In this document: positions 1-7,021 of the stretch, one piece after another
Layout of the letters: each line of letters opens with the position of its first letter
How positions within the stretch are numbered: position 1 is the stretch's first letter
Assembly: GCA_013166775.1 (NCBI GenBank)
Contig: JABLTJ010000049.1
Location: 1 to 12,994 of the forward strand
Direction: 5' to 3'
DNA from: Promethearchaeati archaeon
GTDB taxonomy: Archaea > Asgardarchaeota > Heimdallarchaeia > Heimdallarchaeales > Heimdallarchaeaceae
Length of the DNA stretch: 12,994 nucleotides
Made by a program: the position numbers and the translations under genes
The notes under the pieces: generated by a model
What the model saw: the letters and a program-made list of their open reading frames with translations, nothing else
Told to the model about the DNA's origin: nothing
Database searches by the model: none

Positions 1-10
1 GAAAAAGAAA

Positions 11-358
11 TTATTTCCTTTTTCTTCGAAGAATCAAAGTAGCAACTGTTAAACCAGTAGCAATTATGAATACAAATGTTCCAATGAAAATTCCAGTAGT
101 TACAGTAATAGTTTGGTTCAAGGTTGAAGTCTCGTGTGGCATGGTTATTGTTTCTGGAGGAGGAGTCACAGTCACTGGTGGAGGAGTGATTAGAGGAACA
201 CTTAGGGGATCATTAGGATCTGTATTCAAAATAATTTCCAAACTATCATTGAAGGTATCATCATCTGAATCAATATTGGTAGCATTAGTATGAACATAAC
301 CTGAAGCATTTGCTCCGGGATTGAAGGGATAAAAGAATCCAATGATGAAACAGAGTGG
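11..358 (-). pseudogene. C-terminal remnant of a cell-surface protein: TSP3-like Asp-rich Ca-binding repeat, Pro/Thr linker, TM anchor, basic tail
   Basis: The frame of track ORF 11..241 stays open upstream to 358 (TAA at 361-359) and reads PLCFIIGFFYPFNPGANASGYVHTNATNIDSDDDTFNDSLEIILNTDPNDPLS. This matches the DxDxDxxxDxxExxxxTDPNDP pattern. It continues with TPPPVTVTPPPET, a TM helix and RRKRK*. There is no ATG/GTG/TTG upstream of the repeat, and the TTG at 241 falls inside it. Confidence 0.6.
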
Positions 359-443
359 TTACAAGTTAATTTGATTAACCAATAAAAAGTAAAACAACTT
401 TTATTCACACACCTTTACAAAAACCATTCTGATTCAAATAAAA

Positions 444-469
444 AACAAATGTTTTTATAATCATTTGTT
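444..469 (+). promoter_or_regulatory. TATA-like box flanked by an 8-bp inverted repeat (candidate operator)
   Basis: AACAAATG(444-451)-TTTTTATAAT-CATTTGTT(462-469). The TATA-like spacer lies about 30 bp upstream of TTG 489. Confidence 0.45.
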
Positions 470-488
470 ATTTTTTTATTGAAACAAA

Positions 489-845
489 TTGATAGAAGTT
501 TATACCTTAATTGCTGGATTAATTTTATGTTTACTAGGTTTTATGATGTTAGTATGAACAAAAAATTTCATTGTTCTAAGATATGAAGGATTTCACAAAT
601 TCGTTAGGAAACAAGAAATTGAAGTTAAGTTTAAGAAATTAAATTTATTTTTTGCCATTCTTTATTTCATAATAGCAATCCCATTATTGATAGTTGCGAT
701 TATTGGATTCGTAACTGAATTAGATACAATGACCTTTGTTTGGACATATGTAGCAGTTGGAGCTTTTGGAATAATTGGTATTTTATTTGCCAACATAAGC
801 AAGCAAATCATACAACCTCTCGATCAAACAACTGAAACAGATTAA
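489..845 (+). pseudogene. Small membrane protein (about 3 TM), paralogue of 2984..3340, with one in-frame TGA at codon 23
   Basis: Manual translation from TTG 489 gives MIEVYTLIAGLILCLLGFMMLV*TKNFIVLRYEGFHKFVRKQEI...NISKQIIQPLDQTTETD*. It has the same length (357 nt) as 2984..3340, no indels, and 70/118 identical residues by hand count. TGA 555-557 aligns with TGG (Trp). Confidence 0.9.
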
Positions 846-886
846 CTAGATTACTAAATCTATAATATAGCTCTTTTGTGATAATC

Positions 887-1768
887 ATGTTTGATGAATC
901 GATAATTGATGAATATAAAATCCTACAGAATAAAGACAGACGAAAAACTATTCGCATCTATTTATTTGTATCATTACCGTTTATTGTGGTTGCTATACCA
1001 TTTCTGGTATTATATAACAAGGGTGTTTGGGCTGTAACTATGTTCTGGTCATTTTTTGGTACTGCTTTGTTAATGCTCCTGATATTTGGTTTAATGTTGA
1101 TTAACCATGCTGGTAGTAAACCAATGTATGATTATTTGTATCCAAAAATAATAGACATAATCAATTCCGAAACTAAAAATAATCTACACTATGAATCTGG
1201 AATGGATAAGAAGAGTAAGGATTTCTCAGAATATGAGTTAAAAGGTGGTCTTTTCATTAAAGCTGCTATTCATACTACCTGGTTTACAATCAATTTTGAT
1301 AAACAAGATAAACAAATTAAGGTTGCATCATTAAAAATATTTAATCGCGGAAATAAAGGACAAGAATATATAGTCTTTGAAGGCACATATTTTGTATTCT
1401 ATACAACAAATAATTCCTATTTCCAGTTGCGTGAAAAGCAAATTGGTAAACCCTGGCATAAACATGTAAAAATGAAGAAAATAGATACTCAAGATGATAT
1501 AAAAGAGTACATTGTTGAGGAAGGGACTGGGAACAACTTCATCGATCGAAGATATTATGACTTGTATGATTTCCTCAAACAAAGAGAAGGTCGGGTTTAC
1601 ATATCAGGTATTCCTGGAGAAATTCATGTTGCACTTGATAGTAAAGCGAATAAATTTGTCAAAGCAATAGGAATCAGAAAAATATCTGTTGATAAACTAT
1701 TCGAAGTTCAGCAACGAATAATGGAGATAATAGATCTATCAGATAGAATAGTTCAAATTATCAAATAA
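887..1768 (+). CDS. Hypothetical membrane protein with two N-terminal TM helices and a soluble domain (possibly DUF3137-like)
   Basis: Long ORF (track 878..1768). ATG 887 is preferred because GTGAT (878-882) looks like an archaeal SD. There are two hydrophobic segments, and YIVFEGTYFVF loosely resembles DUF3137. The family call is weak. Confidence 0.75.
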   Translation: MFDESIIDEYKILQNKDRRKTIRIYLFVSLPFIVVAIPFLVLYNKGVWAVTMFWSFFGTALLMLLIFGLMLINHAGSKPMYDYLYPKIIDIINSETKNNLHYESGMDKKSKDFSEYELKGGLFIKAAIHTTWFTINFDKQDKQIKVASLKIFNRGNKGQEYIVFEGTYFVFYTTNNSYFQLREKQIGKPWHKHVKMKKIDTQDDIKEYIVEEGTGNNFIDRRYYDLYDFLKQREGRVYISGIPGEIHVALDSKANKFVKAIGIRKISVDKLFEVQQRIMEIIDLSDRIVQIIK

Positions 1769-1821
1769 GTTAATTTGGGAAAAATGATCTTGTATTTCTT
1801 TAGAATACAAATCTAATCCCA

Positions 1822-2502
1822 TTATTTAATTTTAACAACAATCGTTTTAGCTGCCTGATCATACACTCTTAGGTATTTTGGATTTTTTTCAAGGATTAAT
1901 GGGATGATATCGAAAATTAAAACTGGGAATAGTATTTTAGTCAAGTTTCGAATGAAAATTTGTCTTTTCTTTGATTTGGCCCCGTTTACATCAATTACAT
2001 ATAAATTAAGTATTCTTTTCCCAGGTGATGTGTCAGAGATTATCTCTAATATAAACCAGTATAAAATATAAAACGTGGGAGCTAATACATAACAAAGATA
2101 ACCCATTATTGTTACAAAAACTATCATATTTTCTGTTAAGGGTTTTAAATAGACTTCATAATTAATTAGCATATTGCCAAGAATTATCAAACCAGAAAAA
2201 ATCACACCAATGATTATGATATCAAAGATAAATGTTAATGATCGTATTTTCAATGATACTATATTATCAATCCAATTTTGTGATTGACATAAATTTGCAG
2301 CTACTTCTTTCGGTTCACCAAATTCAGATTTAGGATCGATTTCTTTATCTGTTGAATCAATAGCATCTTGAATATCTAGAATAAATTGTTCAAGAACTCC
2401 TTTTTTTATTTCTTTATAACCTGGAATGTATTTTTTAACTTGTGAAAGGTATTTCTGAATATTTTCAGGTAACTCAGAAGTCTGTTGTTCATCTTTCTTC
2501 AT
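1822..2502 (-). CDS. RDD-family membrane protein with an N-terminal HAAS/DUF1700-like helical domain
   Basis: RDD motifs are RSLTFIFD, SPGKRILNLYVIDVNG, IRNLTK and RVYDQAAKTIVVK. The N-terminus YLSQVKKYI...EFGEPKEVA fits the HAAS pattern YL..l...L...fG.P.e.A. There is an ATGA overlap with the PadR gene. Confidence 0.85.
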   Translation of the reverse strand: MKKDEQQTSELPENIQKYLSQVKKYIPGYKEIKKGVLEQFILDIQDAIDSTDKEIDPKSEFGEPKEVAANLCQSQNWIDNIVSLKIRSLTFIFDIIIIGVIFSGLIILGNMLINYEVYLKPLTENMIVFVTIMGYLCYVLAPTFYILYWFILEIISDTSPGKRILNLYVIDVNGAKSKKRQIFIRNLTKILFPVLIFDIIPLILEKNPKYLRVYDQAAKTIVVKIK

Positions 2503-2879
2503 ATCTTCTTCTCCACTTTTATTTCATTGTAATCATCAATCAAATTATTAAATATCTTCAAAAATTGCTGTAATGATTCAGTTAATTCATCAAGCAAGGC
2601 ATATCCGAGCTCAGTAACCTCATAAAAGATTCTGCTTGAATGATCCTTTGATTTCATCTCTTGAATATAGCCTGATTTTTTTAAAGATTTTAAAATTGGA
2701 TAAATGTTCGGAACGACTATAGAAATTTTTCCTGAAGTTTTCTCAATGATTTTTTTCGCTAAAGCATAAGAATAATTCTCCTTTTCAGCTAGCATCATTA
2801 GAATCAGTGGTTTAGCAAAACCTTTCTTATATTCTGATTCTAAACGATTTACTTCTTCTTCTATATCCAAGGTCTTCAA
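2499..2879 (-). CDS. PadR-family winged-helix transcriptional regulator (short subfamily)
   Basis: KGFAKPLILMMLAEKENYSYAL, IYPILKSLKKSGYI and RIFYEVTELGYALL are PadR wHTH hallmarks. The stop overlaps the RDD start (ATGA 2499-2502). Confidence 0.9.
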   Translation of the reverse strand: MKTLDIEEEVNRLESEYKKGFAKPLILMMLAEKENYSYALAKKIIEKTSGKISIVVPNIYPILKSLKKSGYIQEMKSKDHSSRIFYEVTELGYALLDELTESLQQFLKIFNNLIDDYNEIKVEKKI

Positions 2880-2886
2880 ACTCAGT

Positions 2887-2957
2887 TATACTTTTTTCAT
2901 CAATATCAAAAGTATATATTAACTATATATATAGTATATATTAATATTTATATACTT
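2887..2957. promoter_or_regulatory. Divergent promoter region with an array of AGTATA/TATACT half-sites (candidate PadR operators)
   Basis: Inverted repeat TATACTTTT(2887-2895)/AAAAGTATA(2908-2916). Perfect palindrome ACTATATATATAGT (2922-2935). Direct repeat AGTATATATTAA at 2911 and 2933. Inverted repeat AGTATATA(2933-2940)/TATATACT(2949-2956). Confidence 0.55.
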
Positions 2958-2983
2958 ATATGTTATTATTAAATTTGAAAAAC

Positions 2984-3340
2984 ATGATCGAAACTATTTC
3001 ATTAGGTGTTGGTATAGTACTATTTCTGCTTGGTATTATGATGTTAGTATGGACAAAAAATATTATAATTCTAAGATATGAAGGATTTCATAAATTAGTT
3101 AGGAAGAAAGAAATCGTCATAAATTTCAGGAGATTGGCTGTATATAACGCCTTTCTTTATTTCATAACAGCAATTCCAATATTAACAATGGGAATAATTG
3201 GGTTTGTTAATGAAATGGAATATATGACCTATGTTTGGGTTTACATTCCCGTTGCTGTAGTTGGACTAGTTGGTATATTGTATGGCAATATTAGCAAACA
3301 ATTCATTCAACCAGCTGAATCAACAACTGAAACAGATTGA
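2984..3340 (+). CDS. Small membrane protein (about 3 TM, possibly DUF3784-like)
   Basis: Track ORF 2960..3340. Start ATG 2984 is supported by exact colinearity with the paralogue at 489..845. Three hydrophobic segments are present. The DUF3784 call is tentative. Confidence 0.85.
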   Translation: MIETISLGVGIVLFLLGIMMLVWTKNIIILRYEGFHKLVRKKEIVINFRRLAVYNAFLYFITAIPILTMGIIGFVNEMEYMTYVWVYIPVAVVGLVGILYGNISKQFIQPAESTTETD

Positions 3341-3399
3341 TAGAATTACCAAGTCATATAGTGAAGTTCATTGATGAGAAATAAAGATAAACAAAATTT

Positions 3400-3422
3400 A
3401 TCCTCCTTTCTCTTTTTTTTTC
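3400..3422 (+). terminator. Oligo-T, archaeal-type terminator candidate
   Basis: Pyrimidine run TCCTCCTTTCTC followed by about 9 T, downstream of stop 3340 between convergent genes. Confidence 0.4.
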
Positions 3423-3456
3423 GTAATAATTAGTTTTTCATTACGTTACAAAACAC

Positions 3457-4026
3457 TTACGTTAGTCCTTTACAATATCCTTTCTGTTTCTGGTAACAAC
3501 CTTGACAATGATCTCCAGACCAAATCTGCCAGAGAAGCTTCTCAATCACACTTATTGCTTCTCTATCAACAGTAATTGTGCCAATTTCAAAGTTATTTCT
3601 CCCTTTACGAGTTCGAGAACCCATACCTGCTCCGGTTAAATTGGCAGAGCCAAAATAAGCCCATGTTCCATCAACAATGATGACTTTCATATGCATATCG
3701 TAGCAGAATTTGAATTGAATATTCTCTGTGCCAACCAGTTTCTGATAGACAGTCTTAGAATTCTGATAGGTTTTTGTTTGCTCTCTAGGGGCAAGAATAA
3801 ACCTTTGTTGAATTCCCTGTTTTGCCATTCGATATAGTCTTTGTGTGATTTGAGTTGCTTCTTTTGTATTCGGATTTTTCACTATAAAATCAAGGGTTTT
3901 TGCACTAGTTATCCATACGTATTTCTTGGCTCTTAGCAAACCATTTTGGATAATATCATATATTCTTTCATGCTCATTTCCTACTAATAAGTAGCCAGTG
4001 TATTCTTTTGTCAACCCGTTCACCAC
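3457..4026 (-). CDS. Phospholipase D superfamily protein with a single HKD motif (Nuc-like nuclease/phosphodiesterase) and a C-terminal Cys cluster
   Basis: HMKVIIVD-GTWAYF-GSANLT...NFEIG matches HxKxxxxD-x6-GSxN plus the downstream Glu. The C-terminus is HCQGCYQKQKGYC. GAGGGA precedes the GTG start. Confidence 0.9.
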   Translation of the reverse strand: MVNGLTKEYTGYLLVGNEHERIYDIIQNGLLRAKKYVWITSAKTLDFIVKNPNTKEATQITQRLYRMAKQGIQQRFILAPREQTKTYQNSKTVYQKLVGTENIQFKFCYDMHMKVIIVDGTWAYFGSANLTGAGMGSRTRKGRNNFEIGTITVDREAISVIEKLLWQIWSGDHCQGCYQKQKGYCKGLT

Positions 4027-4128
4027 AAGCTATCCCTCATTTCATTTAATTAATAATGGTATCATCAACTATTTTGACCTTTTCAATCTCTTTAAAGAAA
4101 AGAAAAAAACTAATTTTTTTGAATTTAT

Positions 4129-4169
4129 CATTCAATTATTATTTGAATCGTTAAATTTATAATTGAATG
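4129..4169. promoter_or_regulatory. 11-bp perfect inverted repeat overlapping a TATA-like box in the divergent PLD/GNAT intergenic region
   Basis: CATTCAATTAT(4129-4139)-N19-ATAATTGAATG(4159-4169). TTTATAAT lies at 4156-4163. Confidence 0.5.
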
Positions 4170-4214
4170 GTCTCTGTTTTAAATGTAATTTATTCTTAAA
4201 GGAGTTATTGTAAT

Positions 4215-5114
4215 ATGATAGAATTAAGAAACTACAAAGAGGAGTATCTTGAAGATCAAGTAAGATTAGGTTTTGAAGCAACAAGAGAATGGGTTTCAAC
4301 CGGACAATTACCCCTATCAGCAATGAAGCGAATTTATGAATCAAATGAAAATTTTACCCCTGAAACTCGACATTATGCGTTTAAGGATGATAAAATGGTT
4401 GGTTATGTTATTAGTGCTGTTGATAGAGAAATTGATGAGATAAAAGAAGCATCTATGCAATTTCCAAAAATACCAAGCAAAGATAAAGAAATAGAGAAAA
4501 TGCTAATGGAAAAAACATTGACTATTCTTAAAGACAAGGGTGCAGATATCCTTAGAACTCGAATTGAAATTAATAGTAAAATAAAGGATCAAATGGAATC
4601 TTTTGTTGAAGATTATGGTTTTGAGTTTGAGTACAATAATGACTACAGAAGAGCTTTACTTGATTTATCTAAATTTGATGTTGAGAATTTCGAATCTGAT
4701 TTACCTATCGAAGAATATGACCACAAAAACAATCCTAAAGAACTTGAAGAGTTTTTGAAGGAAATTAATGTACAAGATCCATTCGTTACACATTTCTTCA
4801 GAACAGTTGACAAAGAACGTGGTACAATTCATCTCGTTATTAGGAAAGATGGAAAAATTATTGTTCATGGTACAGCAATAATTGCGATGAAAGAATATGA
4901 TTTATGCATAATTAGTCATGTAAAAGTAAAAAAGAACGATTCCATGAAGAAAGAATTTGATGATATATTCAAATCATTGCTAAAGATCATTAAAAAAGAA
5001 AATGTAGCAGTAAATCATCTATATGTCCCATTTGGTATTGAAGGATCTAAAGAACTGTATAAGAATTATGGTATCGAATTAATCGAAATCAAACACTACA
5101 AGAAATATCTTTAG
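4215..5114 (+). CDS. Tandem GNAT-fold N-acetyltransferase-like protein (divergent)
   Basis: Domain 1 has YAFKDDKMVGYV, MLMEKTLTILKDKG and FVEDYGFE. Domain 2 has VIRKDGKIIVHG and KELYKNYGIE. GGAG lies at 4201. The canonical R/QxxGxG/A loop is not evident. Confidence 0.65.
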   Translation: MIELRNYKEEYLEDQVRLGFEATREWVSTGQLPLSAMKRIYESNENFTPETRHYAFKDDKMVGYVISAVDREIDEIKEASMQFPKIPSKDKEIEKMLMEKTLTILKDKGADILRTRIEINSKIKDQMESFVEDYGFEFEYNNDYRRALLDLSKFDVENFESDLPIEEYDHKNNPKELEEFLKEINVQDPFVTHFFRTVDKERGTIHLVIRKDGKIIVHGTAIIAMKEYDLCIISHVKVKKNDSMKKEFDDIFKSLLKIIKKENVAVNHLYVPFGIEGSKELYKNYGIELIEIKHYKKYL

Positions 5115-5188
5115 ATTTTACAAAGGAGTAATTTTTATTCTCCCTTAGTGTTTCATTTATTTTAACAAGTATCGTTAGCAATGTTAGA

Positions 5189-5252
5189 AGAAAGAGAAAA
5201 GTATAGAAGAATCTATGCATTTTGCACTTTTTTCTACCATTTTTTCTTTTTT
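5189..5252. terminator. Long imperfect hairpin with purine and pyrimidine arms; candidate bidirectional terminator
   Basis: AAAGAGAAAAGT..TAGAAGAA..TGCA-TTT-TGCA..TTTTTTCTA..ATTTTTTCTTTTT lies between the convergent GNAT and tautomerase genes. Confidence 0.45.
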
Positions 5253-5354
5253 ACACAATTTATTTCTACAAAAAATTACATAATACCTCTTAAAAAAATC
5301 AATACATATCATTCAGTGAAAAACGAGAATACTAACTCCTCATTCTTCTTATTC

Positions 5355-5561
5355 CTATTTAGGAACATCAGCATCTTTTTTAGATTCTGTAGCGGGTTTC
5401 CCATCTATTCCCCAATGTGTTTTTGGGATTTCATGAATTATTACTTCCACCGCATGTGAAGGAATACTCATATTAGTAAATACTTCAGTAATACCTTTTA
5501 TTATTTCATTAATTTTTGATTCTGGAAATCCTTCCCATATATGAACATGAACTACTGGCAT
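5355..5561 (-). CDS. 4-oxalocrotonate tautomerase family protein
   Basis: It has the N-terminal catalytic Pro (M-PVVHVHIWEG), the signature AVEVIIHEIPKTHWGIDGKPA and a length of 68 aa. A strong SD, GAGGTGA, lies at 5572-5566. Confidence 0.93.
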   Translation of the reverse strand: MPVVHVHIWEGFPESKINEIIKGITEVFTNMSIPSHAVEVIIHEIPKTHWGIDGKPATESKKDADVPK

Positions 5562-5597
5562 ATTTTCACCTCATAAACAAATAACATCGAATTTAGA

Positions 5598-5619
5598 TTT
5601 ATGTTTTTTCATACATAAA
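5598..5619. promoter_or_regulatory. Inverted repeat TTTATGT-N8-ACATAAA (ATGT-N8-ACAT core) between the divergent tautomerase and acyltransferase genes
   Basis: TTTATGT 5598-5604, spacer TTTTTCAT, ACATAAA 5613-5619. Confidence 0.35.
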
Positions 5620-5726
5620 AGACATGGATATAAATATACAAAAAAAGTGAGTGTTAGAATTCGACATAGAATTTTGCATAACAAAGCTTAAACCAGTTAA
5701 TACTATGACATACGTGAGGATTAATA

Positions 5727-6851
5727 TTGAAACAAATCAACATTTCCCAAGTCAGCACGTTCTTTGCTAATGGTAGTTATCCCATCGAATTTCTTTTCTA
5801 TTTTCCTTACCGTATAAATACAAGTAAGTTTAGTCGAGCTTTGAAAAAGATTTCAACTCACTTCTGGCCAGTTTTTGGAAGATATAATAAAGGGATTATA
5901 ACAGGGAAAACCTACTCTGAGGAGGAATATATTGAAGAAATCCTGATGGATGAATCATTTGATCCGAGTGTCGGTCATGAAATTATCTACAATAAATTCG
6001 GAACCATGAAACCTGAGTTAGCACCACGTTTGTTTCACCTAAAAATTCTCCATTACAAAAATGGTTCAGTGTTAATTCCCAAAATGAATCACCTTGTTGG
6101 TGATGGCTATAGCTATTTCTATTTGCTTTCAGTTTTAGCAGCTGTTACCAAAAGAGGAGGAATTCCATTTGCTCCTGCAATAATCACAGCAATCTCTAAA
6201 CCAAAGAATCATTGTGACTTACATTCTTCTTTTCATTTTTCAGTTTCACCACCCGATGTAATCACCTTTGATGGTAAAATAGATGTGGAATATTTAGAAT
6301 TAGATGTAACTGAAACTCGAAATCAAGCTAAAAGTATTTCAGAAAAATCCGGTTTGAGAGTATCAACAAATGATATTCTATCTGCTAGAGTAGTAAAGTT
6401 TGTTCTTGAGAATGGAAAAAAGAAGCAATTAGAGAATTTTCGATTAGCAATACCTGTAGATGTCCGTCGTGGAGTACCAGAGCTTGGTCAACGATACTTT
6501 GGTAATGGACTTATTATGTACAATGTACCTTTTGATCCAAAAATTGTAGCTCAAGCAAGTATTGAAGAATTAGCTATTACCATTCGAAAATCATTTCCCA
6601 CAGTGAACATTCATAGCTATGAAACTTATTTGAAACAAGTAGAAGGATGGATAGAAACTGGGCAATTAGAGCTCTTAAGACCCTATGATCCTGATAATGA
6701 ATGCTTAGTCACAAATCTAACACAGATGCCCATAACAAGACTTGACTTCGGGTCAGGTCCTCCCACTACGGTTGAACCATTAACCAAGGGAAGGAGTGGT
6801 GCAGCAATATTAGCTCAAGATGACAAATTTGTACTACGTTTGGCACGGTGA
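5727..6851 (+). CDS. CoA-dependent acyltransferase, BAHD/Transferase (PF02458)-like, CAT-like fold
   Basis: Motifs occur in BAHD order: ALKKISTHFWPVFGRY, catalytic NHLVGDGYS (HxxxDG), STNDILSA, PVDVRR, YFGNG, LDFGSGPP (DFGWG-like). GAGG precedes the TTG start. Confidence 0.9.
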   Translation: MKQINISQVSTFFANGSYPIEFLFYFPYRINTSKFSRALKKISTHFWPVFGRYNKGIITGKTYSEEEYIEEILMDESFDPSVGHEIIYNKFGTMKPELAPRLFHLKILHYKNGSVLIPKMNHLVGDGYSYFYLLSVLAAVTKRGGIPFAPAIITAISKPKNHCDLHSSFHFSVSPPDVITFDGKIDVEYLELDVTETRNQAKSISEKSGLRVSTNDILSARVVKFVLENGKKKQLENFRLAIPVDVRRGVPELGQRYFGNGLIMYNVPFDPKIVAQASIEELAITIRKSFPTVNIHSYETYLKQVEGWIETGQLELLRPYDPDNECLVTNLTQMPITRLDFGSGPPTTVEPLTKGRSGAAILAQDDKFVLRLAR

Positions 6852-7021
6852 TTCTCATTACGTTTAAATAAATTTCAATTTAAGACAAACTAAATCCTGC
6901 ATTTCAAAAGGAATAATGGATTGGATTAACATATTTAAAATTCAAAGGAATTTTTGTTAAGAAAAACTCTTATTCTATAAAGATATGAAATATATAATAA
7001 TTTTTTAGAGGGATGATAATC

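Noticed and set aside
66-293. 75-aa plus-strand ORF
   Set aside because: It is the antisense shadow of the Pro/Thr-rich surface-protein remnant.
305-385. Plus-strand stretch reading ...GIKESNDETEWLQVNLINQ*, resembling an orphan gene end
   Set aside because: It is too short, has no start and no supporting homology, so it could be chance.
226-408. 60-aa minus-strand ORF
   Set aside because: It overlaps the motif-bearing frame out of phase and has no recognisable features.
555-557. TGA as selenocysteine or genetic code 4/25
   Set aside because: It aligns to Trp rather than Cys, no SECIS-like element was recognised, and TGA is a genuine stop in other genes in the window.
1331-1582. 83-aa minus-strand ORF
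   Set aside because: It is antisense inside the 887..1768 CDS.
4132-4344. 70-aa minus-strand ORF
   Set aside because: It is antisense to the GNAT-like gene start and its promoter.
5181-5459. 92-aa Phe-rich plus-strand ORF
   Set aside because: It is translated from T-tracts and overlaps the tautomerase antisense.
5656-5681. Short 12-bp-period repeat TAGAATT(CGA/TTG)CA
   Set aside because: There are only two imperfect copies in AT-rich DNA, not distinguishable from chance.
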